Assembly (NCBI GenBank): GCA_013239625.1
Contig: MU054925.1
Location: 33,521,538 to 33,585,537 of the forward strand
DNA from: Lama guanicoe
Lineage: Eukaryota
DNA length: 64,000 nt
Direction: 5' to 3'
Part shown: piece after piece, positions 26,001 through 39,830 of the stretch
Numbering within the stretch: the first letter of the stretch is position 1
Layout of the letters: each line of letters opens with the position of its first letter
Notes under the pieces: generated by a model
Database searches by the model: none
Seen by the model: the letters and a program-made list of their open reading frames with translations, nothing else
What the model was told of the DNA's origin: nothing
Translations under genes and position numbers: made by a program

Positions 26001-29000
26001 GTCACCACAGCCACGCCACGGGGCAGCCTGGGCTCAGGGGACGCACGAGGGCTGAGCTGCACACCGAGTGCTCTGCTGTCCTGCTTCTTCCCGCACTCAG
26101 TCTGACAGGAGACAACAGCTTCATGTGCTTGGATCAGTGCAACAAAATGTTTTTTTCAACAAAGAAAATTAAGTTTTCTCCCAACCTATATGAGCAACAA
26201 ACAAACAAAAAGAGCCAGAATCTGGGTTTCCTCCATGCTAATATGAGCATAATGCAGATGAGAGATCCAAGTCTTTTTTTAAATGCGATTTCTCCATCTC
26301 ATGTGTGTTAGTGGTTAAATTCTGGCGACTTGAGGTGGCCACTCTCAGGCATGAACCTCAAACAATAGGTTTTATCTGCCTCCTAAAATGTATGGATCTT
26401 GAGGAAAGAAATTTTTTTTGCCCTGATAAGACAGTAATCTCCCACCTTGCTGACTCAAATGTACTTGCATATTAATTGCTTCAGACCCCCAAACCCCTGC
26501 TGAACTGGCTAAATTGTGGGCCAAATTCAATAACCCAGCAAACTCCCATTCAATGCCTCACCAAGATAACTTTGCATGTTTAATTTAAAAGTACCGATCG
26601 CTTGTAAATGAAGTGCTCACGCCAGCCGGGCTGCACCCTGACAGAGGCTACAGGCTGGAGACTGAGTCTGAGCAATTCGGACAAGGAGGCAGACAGGTTG
26701 CATCTCTCTTCCAAGCGCTATCTGCTCACCCAAACCCACCCTTTAAAACGTGCCCCTTAGGGTTAATTTCCCTGAGACAGAGGCAACGAGATTTAGCCTC
26801 AGATACTCGAGTATTATCTGCACCGATCCTATCTGATCAGCGAGAACTACTCAGCCCTCCCGCCAACGTGAATGCCTACCTACTTTAGCTGAACTGATCT
26901 AAGGCAGTTTTTCCTTTCTCTTTTGCAACTGTGTTCCATGTTGACCCTCAAATTTATTTTAAGTAGTTTTGCAAACAGCTTCCTCTCCCCCTTCCTTCCC
27001 CGCACAGCTCGCATCTCACGTTTCTCGCGCACAGAACATGTTTTGTCCACTTTGGGAAGCACCCGGGGAAACGGAGGGACCGTCTCAGTCAAACCGAAAT
27101 CAGAAATAGGTCCATTCATTCAAGAGATTAAAACAGCATCGCAGGCTAATTTTCATTTTACTAGAAGCTGTCATTCCCAAGTGTTAGAATTCACAGCCAC
27201 CTTTCCAGCCTGTAAAAACAAAAGCCTTACTGCCGACATCAGTGAAAATGCCCTAAAACGCATGTAAACTCCTGCGTAGCTTCACACACACTAACCACCC
27301 CCATCGGAACTCGACTGCACTTTTCCACGCTGTGAAATCCAAAGGCTGTTCAGTAACAGTAACAATATGTTTTACAATAAAACCACGATGACAGTAATAA
27401 TGGGGATTTGGAGATTTCACAGAAGAAGGCGGCGGGATGGAGGAGCAGCTTTTGGTCTGTGGCAAAGCTAAAAGGCTCCGACAGCGCTGTAGGAAAGGGA
27501 CAGGGTGCTGGGCTCCTGGAGGCGCACACGTTCCGCCGGGGAGACCCCGTGTGAACTCAACTGCCACACGGTAAGTGAGCTTGATGAAAAAAAAGTGGCA
27601 CTTTGTCCTTAGATTTTACGGGCTGCTTCTACCAATTTGCCAACCCCAAAATGCACCCCCCCCTTTAGAAAGTTTCATTTAGAAACATCACTTTAAACTA
27701 AGTTTGAGTCTGAACAAGTAAAATTTGATTATGGCTCAGAAAATATTCACCTGACAACTTGTATGCTCTAATTTCCCAGAAAGAATGACCCTCAGAAGCT
27801 GAATTTTTCGTGCTTCTCCTTGGCCCCCAAAATATAAGTTACTTATCAAAACTACTTCGTTTCACTTCAGATGCTGAAAAATTTCATGGGAAAAAGGTAT
27901 TTAAATGTTTGGCTTATAGGAAAATAAGATGGCTTCCGTATTTCAAATTTGCCTAAAAGAGACTCTCCTTTAAGACAGTTAAGAACACCTGGCTCCACGA
28001 CAATAAAACCTTTGCTGAAGCTCAGCGCACACACATTCACTGTGCGGCTCGCGACCCCGACGCTGCTTTCGCTGGGGTGCGTGTGGAGACTACAGCATCC
28101 TGTTTGCCGTGAGCTCCCCCCGCCCCCCAGCAGGCTGAAATCCACCTTGAAGTGCGGTGTGACTGCGTCCGCAGAACATCTTTGGAGACCCGGAGGGCCC
28201 ACGATTTACAGAAGGAACGTCTGCCCGTCTTCGTGGTGTGACGCCGCCAGTCAAGCTCTAAACGTGCCGCACGTCATCGCCTGTCGGTGACTCTTCACTC
28301 ATCTCTTCGCAAGTCAAGTTTCCTGTTTGTAAAGACAAGCTTGAGCCTGCTTCTCCACGACGTATTTGACAAAAACGAGCATCTCTATATCGTAGCAAAC
28401 GCATAGCCAACTTCCCCTTCATTGTGCTACAGCAAAGCGAAAGAACACAGGAGGTTCTTCCCAGTTCGATGTAAGGTCTGGCTGGATACAGAATTCTTTA
28501 CCATCTCCAAACAGAGGTGTTTTCTGGCTCAGCTACAGATGTGAAGCTTCCAGAAATTTCAGTCATGCAAATTTGGGGGGAACTAAAAACCTGCAAGACT
28601 CTTTTAAAACCCCTGCAAAGGCTAATGTCTTACGTTAGTTTAGAAACTCTGAACTATATCATTATTACATATTATATTCAATATATCTGGAAATGTGCAT
28701 GTCCCCAGAATAAATAGTACATTCAAGGGGGAAAATTATTTCCCCACCTGAAAGATGGGCACCCTCCTTTCCAATCTTCAGAAAAACTCAACTTTGACTT
28801 TTTCCCCAGGTGTGCACACAGGGGTAGCTCAGCCTTCAGACACATTCAGCTCTGAAGGGCCTCTTTCTGTCCTGGTTTTAAAATCAGAGTTAACAAAAAA
28901 GAGCTTTTCAACTCGCCCATACGCCCCCCAGGGCGCTGCATCACGGCCCAGGACGCTTGTCCACACGACAGAGGGAATCGGAACGTCTCATGGAAGCCCG

Positions 29001-29059
29001 CGTCGATGCACTGGGGGCTTGTCATCTGGGAGACGGTGACCGTGACAGCAGTGACGCCA

Positions 29060-29245
29060 GCTTGTATTTGAAAGCTTATCACGCACCAGATACACTTCTT
29101 CTAAACCTTAAGATGACTCTCTCCTATTCTGCAGAACAGGAAGTCGAGGCCCCGAGAAGTTAAGGAACCTACCCAAGACGGTACAGCTGGCAGACACTGA
29201 AGCCAGACTCAAATTCGGTTTCTCAGACTCTGAACGTCAAGGTTT
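29060..29245 (-). mobile_element. MIR SINE
   Basis: GAGAAGTTAAGGAACCTACCCAAGACGGTACAGCTGG...GAAGCCAGACTCAAA, the reverse MIR core. Confidence 0.65.
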
Positions 29246-32200
29246 TTAAGTTATTCCATGTTTGCATTTATGCTGTTTTGTGCTGTTCTGTGGGTGTGGC
29301 TTTTCTGTAATATGCATAAATCACTTCAAGAAAAGCTGCATTCCTTTATCACATATTTTGGGTATGCCTGCATTCAGCAGTCATGGGCACCTCTCGGTTT
29401 CCAAACACAAAACAAGCCAAGGCCTCTTGCAGCCTGACCTCTCCTGGTAGATAAAACACACCGTCCACGTCTCTCCTCCGGCTTCCGCCCGGACTCTCCC
29501 GTCCTGGGTCTCCATCCTCAACTCCACCCGAACCGCAGTTTTACAGCTGGATCCACAGAACTAAGCACTTACACTCCTGAGTGTGTTCGTTTAGCTTCTC
29601 CCCGACAACATCATCACCAGTTTAAAAGCAGAAATGAGAATCATACACTCATGGTATCACTCGCCATCCCTCTGGCCTGCCTTCCCCACCAAACATGAGC
29701 GAGACTTCTGGCAAACAACATATTTTTATGTGAATAGTCTTTGAAAGATTAAAAAATCAAATCATACTGACTTTCAACCACAACAGCTGACACCAAGAAT
29801 TGGGCACTTTGTAGTTGCTGGCGCCGAGATGGGTACCACACAACACTTATCTCCCTGGAGTCCCACGAAAGCCCCACAAGGTGGTTCTCCCCATTTCAAA
29901 GGTGAGAGAACTGAGGCTCAGAGCACTGCATCATCCCAAGCTAGGGTTTCCACCACTCCCTACAGGTAAGCACAGCCACGGTGTCACAAGCACCGCTGAG
30001 GAAAGAAGGACACGAGCAGACCCAGGCCCTGGGGAAACCCACGCAGCACGTGGGGGTGACGGGGCCCAGCCGCTTCCCGGGCCTGGAGGAGAAGCCGGGC
30101 GAGCTCCGCCCAGCACCGAGCTTCCCCAGCGCAGGGCCCTCGTCTTCTCCATTTGGGCTTTGCCAAGCCTGCCTGTGCTGGGCTGGCAGGGCCCGTACTA
30201 AACAGTGAGGTGGCACTGGGTTCTACCAGCCGCCCCGAGAAGCGCCCCACCCCCGCCCACTGGCCTCCACCTGGCCTGAGGCCCCAGGCCAGCCCAACCC
30301 AGCGGTCAGTCCTCAGTCCAAAGCCTTCCCCCGCACCCATCTTCCTCCAATCCTGACTCTCCCGCACAGCTGCCAGGGCCCCGGCCGCACCCCGGAAGGA
30401 CTCCCACAGCCCCTCTTCACAGCCTCCTCACAAGACCCAAAACGAGCCACGGGACCGCCACCTGGCCCCTCCCTTTGCATGCAACAGGAAAAGCTGAAGA
30501 GGAGGCCAAAGGCCGCAAAAGAGGAAGTAATTCCTAGCGTTGGAGCATCTCCAGGGCAGGAGATTTAATCCCAGGCTAAGAACCTGAGAACTTCCAGGAA
30601 AGGGGGGTAGACCGCGATGATGACATTAAGACAGGAGAGAGGCCAGCTTTGTCCTGCTCCCTGCTGAATAGCCAAGTAAAACAATGAATCTATTTTTTCC
30701 CCTCCTCTTCTTTGCCTTAAAAAATTCAAGAATTTCATTTCCTTCTTTGAAACACAGCTCCTGCATAATTCCAGTGCTGGGTCCAGCTGCCTGCAATGCT
30801 GAGGGAAGGGGGCGTTTGACTCTCCCCAATACCTCAGAGGGGAGACATCCGCGCAGAGCTTCGGTGGGGTTCCGCAGGCACCCTGCACGGGCCCCCCGCA
30901 TGGCTCTCCCACGCACCCAGACTGATGCTGACCCCACACAGCTGTCCCTGTGGATCCTAACGGCAAACCCCATAAAAAGGTGTCATTCCTCTTTTAAACA
31001 GGTGAAGACGCTACGGTTCAGAAAAGCAAAATGTCCCAGTTGAGCAGTAAGCTGGCAGAAGGGCTGAAACTCCCTCTGGACTCCTTGCTCGTGCAGAGCC
31101 CAGGCCCGCCGTGCCGCAGCCTGCCCACTCTGCAGGACGGGCTGCGAGGCAGAGTCAGAAACCACCTCTAGATTTCCCAGAGGCACCATTAATCAGGAAA
31201 GACAAGCAAAGCACCGAAGTTTACAGGGTAAGCAAACTTAAAAAGTTTCACTGGCTCCAAAACACAGAAATACAACTGCAAAAACGGGAATCACTTAAAG
31301 CTGAATTAAATGTCTGCGAAGACACGAGAGAGAGCCTCCTAGTACGTGCGGGATTCAGCGCAGAGGTGGGGGTGCATAAACCGCTCCTCCCGGGGGACCG
31401 CAGCACACTGCTCCCACGCCCCTGCCTCCCAGGCGGTGGGGGCCCCGGACCCACAGGGCTCAGAGCCGGCCTTCCTGGGCCCCGCCATGGGCACGCCCAC
31501 CAGGCGCCCTGCAGACCCCAGGAAATGAGGGGGGGGCTCCAAGGGCAGAGGCCAGAGCACGCATGTCCTACAGGCGTCAGGAATGGCTTTTCCAGCATCG
31601 TCAGAGTTCCCGGGTCCACGCGGCCCCCTCGCCTACCTGAGAGACGGTGCAGGGGTAGGGCTGGAGCCTGCCGGGCTGGCCCTCTGCCCACACGGGCACC
31701 CCTCCCTGCACCTCTATGATGGGGGCCACGCTTTCAGCAGCATGCCCTCCACCTCCGGCCCCCCCCCCAGGATTGGTAAATACTGTAATTACCTCCCGAT
31801 GCAAAAGTGAGGGAGCAGCCTGTGTTTTGAAATGCGGATCATAATTCAAATTGGAAGCTGACATTGATCATTTGATGTTCATGTGAAAAGACCAGACAGG
31901 CTGAGCAGGAACATTTCAGCAGGGGACCGATAAGGAGATGGGAAATAAAAATTATTGGTATTTACTCAGCCTGCGACGCTCGTGGAAGGAACTCCTTTAA
32001 AAAGGAGCACTTCAGAATGGTTATTCAATCTGAATGTCACAGACAGCACGGGAAGCGCTTTCTCACAGAATGCCCCTATCTGCGCCGTCGTATCTCGCCG
32101 GTGTGCCGCTCACGCCTTTCACTGCAGGAATTCTCACTCTGCTTTGCTCCACTATGAGCTGACGGTGACCCGGAGTACACGAGGCATTCAAGAATCTGCC

Positions 32201-35200
32201 TGGAAATTACCACCAGGGACCATGTGCCCTGTTTCCGCTTGCCAACTCCGCCTCGGGGAGCGAAGATGGGAAACAATTCCAAACCCACATGCAGAAACAA
32301 CTTCTCACTCCCCTGACAGACCAGGCTCCTTTGGAAACTGAGGGTTCCGGCATCTTTCAGAAATTATGTTCCTGGAAAAACGTGGCACGAACCTCTTTTG
32401 AAAGCCTCGCTCAGGCTTCCCTTCTGACCCAGACCCTCCTAATAAAAGCCAGGACAGGGCTTCACAGGCAGCACACGAGGAGACCACCCGTGCTTCTCTG
32501 CACTCGGTGCCATCAAATTCAGATTCTGCATTAAATGCCGCTGGTCAAGTAAGGAGCGTGAGGGTGCCACGCAGGCTCAGGCTTCCCTCCACGTGTGCTG
32601 CATGTTGTAGCCACTCACTGCAGAAGATTCATGCTGCAATTAGAAAAGATTAGAACAAGACATCTGATTTCATATAGGGCTGAGCCTGGGAACCCAGCGC
32701 TTCTCCCCGATGGCTATCAGCAACCGGGAGGCAGTGTGACACCCACCCAGATTTCATTCTGCCTCGCTGCGCAAGCGCAGACATGCTTGGTGAATCAGAT
32801 AAACAGACAACCATCTGTGTCTGCGGCTCTGGCCTCATGTCCAGCAGCCCCCACCCTGCGAGCTCATCATTGGTCGGGGCCCAAGGAACCAAGCTCACGA
32901 CCACTCCCTACTACGCGCCTACTACTAAGCTTTCAGGCATTTTCTCTGATACCACACCTGAGCAAGGTAACCACCTGCATTTCAGGTGTGCAGTGGGCTC
33001 TGGGAGGGGACGTGACCTTGACAATGGACACCCAGAGCCCAGGACAGGCCACACCTGAGTCCACCCCCACTTCCTCGGGGCCACATTAGGGTCTCTGGGG
33101 TCTTCACAACCTGGAGGCCCCTGGAACCAGTAGTTCCATGTTGGGGACAAAAAGGATGTGAGATCCCGATTCTGGTCTGGGGGGATTTGGGGTGGGGGCT
33201 GTACACCACTCTGTCTCTCTCTATCTTGAAAGCCTCTGCAGAAAAACACCGTGAAAAAGTTGAAAATAAGGCAGGTCCTTATATGAAAGCAGACACGGCC
33301 TATTTCAGACAGAAGACTGCCTTGGGGAGGTAGGGAGATCACCTTTTTTTTTTCTCCTGGAAACTCCTTGCTTTGGTTAATATCATGAACTTGCAGAAGA
33401 AAGAAACTGAGTGTGGAGGGCTGACGACGGCCCCACATCTTCAAATGCTTTACAAGTTAAGTCGGATAATCTCAACACTGATGTGAGAGGGGAGCAGATA
33501 CATCTGACCCCTGCTTCAGACAGAAGGCTTTCCATGTGGTTTTTAATTAGAGGGCAGTTGTTTTGCTTTTGCAACACTCTTTACCCTCTGCCATTGTAGG
33601 TACACGGCTGCAAACCACATTTCCATTGATTAAAAAAATAAAAAATAAACATTGAAAGAAACAATATTTTTCTTTTTAAGGAAAAAAAGATAGCAAGCAG
33701 CTATTTTCTGGAGGGTCAGGCGCTCAAAGGCGGACGCGGGAAGCCACCGTGGCTGTGGCTTAAGGTTTATTTTGTCTTGGAAAAGCCCGAGGTCATTCTA
33801 ACTGCGCTGACCTGTTAACCTACACACTGAGCATCTCCATCCAGGACCGCAAGCAAACACTGCCCTCTTGTGCACCGAACAGTCCGGAGTCGGCGCCGAG
33901 ATGTTCCCACCGCCTCCTGCAGACAGCTCGCAGCCACTCAGCAGCCTCCCCGGGGTTGGGAGGGTGTCAAGAAAGATGACACACATCTGTCACCCGAGTG
34001 CTTGCTAGAATGTCCCCAGACCGCCTTCCGAGACACGGTGAGGTAAGAGGAAGAGGGAAAGATGTGGCTGAAGAAATCAGACCAGAAGTAACTGACTTGC
34101 ATTTTTCCTAGAAAATGTTCATTCCTCGAAAAGAAACTTTACAGGCTGCACGGCAAACTATCTTATATACTTTTTAAAACTTTCAGAATCGACTCATAAA
34201 TCTTCAGTAATGAGTATATAGTACTTCTTTTTATCTAGGAAACATTTGCCAGGAAACAATTTCATTTGATTCTAGAGGGAGGGAAAAAGAAAGGCAGAAG
34301 GAAGCCATGTCGCTGTTTCTTAGATGGAAGAAGGCTCAGTCATAGCTCCTCTACCTTGTGACCAGCCCCGACCTGCCAGGGCTGCCTGCAGACGCTCTCC
34401 CTCCAACCTGGGCACAGGCTCTGTGCCCGGAAGACCAACTGGCATCTCAGGAGAGCCTTAAAGGATGCAGACCACTGTTCCTTTATTAAGAACTCAACAA
34501 GAGCCAAGGCTAAGGTCGAGTGCAGCCTGGGCCAGGCTGGGCAAGGCCTGGTCTCCCACAAGTGAGTCCCAGCTCCATGCTGAGCGACGAACCTTCCAGA
34601 TGTCGCACCCCTCGCCCACCCTTCCCAGCACTATCTGGGATGGGCCAAACCTCATGCCAAACGCACCTCTGGGGGGAAAAGGCAGACTGTGCCCCCAGGG
34701 CACTACCAGCAACCCAGAGGGCACCCCAGAAGGAAGGGGTGGAGGGAACATTCAGGGACTGTCTCCCTGGGCCGCGACCTGGAGTCGGAAGGTGGGCGGG
34801 GGGCCGGCCACCAGCTCTCCCCTTACCCACTGTGCCATCCAGCAACTCGGGTGAGCAGCTTGGGCACATGTCCTCGTGCTCTGCCTGGCCTGTACATCAC
34901 AGGCCATCAGAGGCTGGGGTTAAATGGCCAACCATGACCACAGGGCAGTGACAGCTGCCCAGGTCACTCAAGGCTGGGACGACCTGCCATGTCCCAGTTC
35001 CACTCCAGCCCCTCCCCCGCACAGGAAACAAGTGGGGATGCAGCCCCAGAAGCAGACAGGCTCAGGGTTTGGGAAGCCAACAGGACAGCCAGGCTGAGAC
35101 CAGGCAGAAGGCAGATCCTTCCCGCTCTCTGTCCTCCTGTCAGAACGACCAGCACGCAGTTGCTGGACGTAGACAGACACCACATCCGTGCCATTCACAG

Positions 35201-35214
35201 CCGCCAGCCCCAGC

Positions 35215-35535
35215 TGACCGTCTCCGGCCTCCACACCCGCACACCTGCTTCCCTCAACCTCCAGCGCCTGCGGGCTCTGCTCTTCCTCAGCTTCCAGCTT
35301 AGACTGAAGTCCCTCAGGAAGGCCTTCCCTGACCTCCAAACTGAAGCCGACCCCACGTCCATCAGTCCCTCTCCGGGCATCCCACGTCGTCCTCCACGGA
35401 ACACACACTCCGCAGGCGACACACTGCCCTTCCCTGTGGGGACACCTGCCTCCCCCAGCAGATGGGAGCCTCGGCGTAAACCGCGCTCCTCCGGGGTTTG
35501 TAGAATGAGTGAACGAATGAATGCACGAATGAATG
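35215..35535 (+). mobile_element. L2 LINE 3' end
   Basis: CTCAGGAAGGCCTTCCCTGACC followed by the characteristic tail GAATGAGTGAACGAATGAATG. Confidence 0.65.
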
Positions 35536-38500
35536 CCTTGACACACCTTTCCTTCTGCAATGTCTGATCTGAAGGAGCAAGGTCGCCTAGCCAGATCTTC
35601 AGGACACGAGAATCCTAGGATAAGACAAGAAAGAAAGTGAAGGAGCCAGGCCATGGGCTCAAACAGGCCTCAGCCTGCTGCAAAGAGCAGGCTCCAGCAC
35701 AGAGGGGGAGCCGTCAGGGGAGGGGTTGGCGGAGTCTGACTCAGTGCTATGATGCCCGAGATGCGCCACACTTTCAGGTGGGTGTCTCTGGGCTTCCTCC
35801 CTTTGAGAAGCAAACGGAAAACTCAATGGCGAAACCAGCAGGCACAGCCTCCAGCCTCCGCCCTCCCACCTAGGGAGCCCATTCTCTTTCCCCAGGGGCG
35901 TCTTGTCACGTGAGAGCTCCGTGAGGGTGCAAGAACCCCGAGTTCACGCTGAGCCTCCCGGGCTCCTAAGAACCTGGTGCTCCAGGAAGCTTACACTCAG
36001 GAGGATCTTGGGGCCCAAGCCTGACCTCCAGGGACAGGAACAGCTTTTGGTCACATTGTTGGACAAGACCTGGTAGAGCTGGGTCACTGGCTGGACAGCT
36101 AAGGCACCAGCCCACCCCTGGAGAGCCTCCTCTCCCTTCACCTTCGCAGGCTACTTGCAGGACCCCATGGCCAGCCACCGGCTTGCATTAGGCTCATTTC
36201 CCCGTCCCTAGGCTCGGGGGCAAGTTTAAAAGTCCTCGTCCTGTCTCAGATCAGGTCTGAATTAATACCCTTCCTCCAGAGAACTCCAGTAGCAAAGTGA
36301 AAACAGACGGCCTAGACAATGCCCTTTGAGCGCCCCAGCAGGGACAACTGGTGACAATGCAGCCCCAGGCTCTGAAAGAAACCTTAAGGTTAAAGGTTCA
36401 CGGAGGCAGAAGAATTACCAAAGTACAAGTTTGTTCAAATTTCCTCCGGCAGATTTAAACAACCAGGGTCAAGCTGAAGACCGCCGGCAAAAACCTACGA
36501 GACAACTCAGCCCCTTTGAACTGCACGGAGAAAGGAAAATATACGGTCTGGGAGGGATCTGTGCTGTAGCTCTTAAAAATGCTCTTGAAAAGGTCATCCT
36601 GTTCACTTACAATCCGCCGCTGAAGGATGTTTGAAAAGTGCTTCTCTAAAACAACAGGGCTGCGGGCCTCGCCGTGTGCGGGGGGCTGCCCGGGGTCGCC
36701 GTGTCCCCAGCATCGTGTGCTGACCCTCTGTGGGCCACAAAATTAACCATCAGCACAGCAGAAATCTGCTCCTAGTTAAACTACTTTGCTACGCAAAGTG
36801 GCCTGAAAATGAAGTATGAGGATTGAATTTCCACTGAAAGGTTAACTTGTCCAACCTCTAGGCAGGCCCGCTCCCCTGTGAGCCCTGTGTGACCAAGGGC
36901 TCGAAGCCCCACAGGAGGCTGGGTAACGGCCGCAGGTCGGCGGTGGGAGACGACCGGCCATCCATTCATTCGTCCACTGCACGTCCACGTGGCCTGCTGC
37001 ACCAGGCCCTGCCAAGGGACCGGGGCGGGATGGCAGCAGGGCCCCATCCTCAGAGGGACCAAGTCCAGGGGAAGACTCCACCCAGTAAACAGACAGTGAC
37101 AGCAGACAGGGGAAGGGGTCCTGGAGCCCACAAAGGGGTGGTCCCGGCCTCACCCAGCGCAGGCTGCGAGGGCCAGCAGGGAGGCTTCTCAGGGAAGAGA
37201 CGTAGCATGGAGAGGCGACAGACACCCTGGTCTGTCTGTCCAGAGACCTGGGGTCCTGAGGAGGGCCCTGTCAGCCTAGTGGGGAGACCGGCCTTTGTGC
37301 TAACAGAGAGCAAATGAAGGCTTTTGGCAGGGGGAAGTAAGACAATCATATTAGCCAGTTAGAAAGAGTTCTCGGCTAGGGAGGGCAGGGTAGTTTCAAG
37401 AGGGGGTGGAATCAGGGGCGGTGCAGGCAACTCGTGCTTGTCCTGGACTGAGCTAACGGAGGCCTGTCCAGGGAGCAGCTGCGGACGGGCATCAGACACA
37501 CAGGAGGGGCCAGAGCTGGTAACAATTCCATGACATGCTGAGGGTCATGTCAACGGCCCCCTAGTCATGGGAGAATGGAGGTGCCACTCACTGCAAAGGT
37601 GGGGGGACGCGGTCTTGCAGGTGTGGACTCTGGCGGCCTACGGTGTCCACTGGTGGGGAATACAGTCCAAAAGGTACTGGGACAGCAGGTCTAGAACTGC
37701 CTACTGAAATCTGAATGAAGCAGAGTAAACAAAATTACAATTTTGGTTCGTCAGTTACACCAGCCAAGTGCAAGGCCCCCATGGCCATGGCCCGTGGCTG
37801 CCCTCCTGGACTGCTGCCAGAGGACAGTCTCCCTGTCACAGAGGGTTCCGCCGACAGGGCCGGGCAGGCCCCCCAGATGCTTTACAACACTGCGGCTTGC
37901 GGTCAACGCATCGCCGGCGCCCGGCCCAGCCGATGCCAGCCGTGCACACAGCTTCCTTCCCAGACTCCCTGCTGGCCGTCCTCGGGCTTCAGATGCAAGT
38001 GCCCAAGAAATGAAGCCCTTATTCCGTGAAGGCTTTTCTCTCTAGAGCAGAAGTTCTGAGGCCCACCTGTGAACGGACGGTCATTTAGAGAGCAGGGAAC
38101 ACTGGGGTCACACATACACACTCTCATACTCACACCCACACACACGCGCGTGCGAGGGTCTGGTGCTTTGGGTGCGAGGCCCTGAAACTCGCCTAGGAGC
38201 GAGCACGGTCAGAGTGAGTGCCACCCTGCAGTCCACGCAGAGGGCGGAGCCCACGGCCCAGTGTCAGCCGACAGCTGCCGAGCCACTGACCCCGGAGCTT
38301 TAAGAGACCCGCAGAAACCTGAGGCAAAAGGCAGAGGCACCGGCCAGGCAGGTTGACACTGGCAATTCCAAGCACTAATTTTAACAGGAAAAAGTCAGTT
38401 TATCTGTACGGAGCACCTGTGCACACCACCAAATAAACATCCTCAGGAAGCAGGTTAGAGACAAAGGAACCCTTTCTGTCTTCTCGAAGGCCCCGAGACA

Positions 38501-39379
38501 AGAGAGCATCATCGAAACAGGAGAGATACGGAACGAGGGAAAGTCAACTTCTCTCAACAGCAAAACTTGTTTCTTCTCCTGCCAAGAGAGGATCACCGCG
38601 CTAACGCAGTCCTCCCTCCCGCGCAGCCGGGGCCACTTCAAAGCAGCAGGAGCCTAATCACACCACGCAAGAAAATAAAAGACCCAATTAACGCAGCACA
38701 AAACTCATATAATCCAGAGGAGAATGGAGGCAGAAATCTCTGTTTTTGACAAACTGACGTGTACATAAACCGCTCCTCAGGAGCCTCCCGCAGCAGGTGT
38801 GGGCTGAGGTCTAGAGCGAGCCAGGCCCTGGGAAACCAGACCGAGTTAAGCCCGGCCCCAGCGCCACCAGCACGTGCCCTGGAACTGGTCGCTGGCCTGT
38901 CGCCTCGTTGGAGTGGAGTGGAGGGGAAACCCTGCCTCGGGGTCTGCTTGGCAGAGCGCAGTGACATAATCAAGGGTCCAGAACAGCATCCAGACAGGAG
39001 ACGCTGCCCAGAGGCCCCTCCCCACCCCCAGGCCTCGGCACGGCGCTCCTGCACCTGCACACCCAGACCACGCTGTCCTCCTGATGGTGTTCCCCTCCCT
39101 CCTCCAGCCCATTTGGAAGCTGCAGCTGTTGAAGGGCAGGGACGTCTGGCCCCAGACCTTTGCCCTGGGCTGTCTCCTCAGACTCTCCACAAGCTCCAGA
39201 GGGGTCGCCCAGCGTAAGACTCTCCCTCCCTACTCAGACCCTCCAAGCTCCTGAGCTCTGGGCCCTGTGGACCCCGCGGCTCAGCCTCACACCCACTCAC
39301 ACCTGCAGTGGTGGACATCACACTCCAGCCCTCCGTCTCTTCACCTTGTCCACCCCAAGTCCTCCTACCTTGTCCGCTG

Positions 39380-39830
39380 GCCAAATCCCAACCCTCCCTC
39401 CCCGATCCGCCGAGACAGCCCCCTGCCCCCACTTGCCCATGACCCTGACACCAGCCTTACCTTCCCCACTCCCCCCACTGGCCGCTCCTGCTCTTTGGCC
39501 AGGTCATCCCCACACCATTGCTCAGGCTGCTCCCTGGCCTGCCCTGCCCCCTCCTCTGCCTGGAAGCTCCAGGTCACTCTTCTAGGCCCAGCCAGTGCCC
39601 CTTCTGTGGGACGGCCTTCCTGCCTGTCCCGGGCAAAGTCACTCACGTCTTGGACTCCTCTTTACTAGCCCTTACAACTCTGTGTCTTATCTGAACGGGC
39701 TGTTGGCGCTGCCCCTACTCTGCCCCCACCCCCAGGGCTGCGAGCTCCTTGAAGACACGCAAGTCTGCATCCGCCCTCAGCCACCGCAAGGCGCATAGTA
39801 GATGTCTGCAGAACCTCCGAATAAATGGAG
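39380..39830 (+). mobile_element. L2 LINE fragment
   Basis: TGCCCCCTCCTCTGCCTGGAAG...GCGAGCTCCTTGAAG...GCATAGTAGATG, L2 3' region. Confidence 0.55.
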
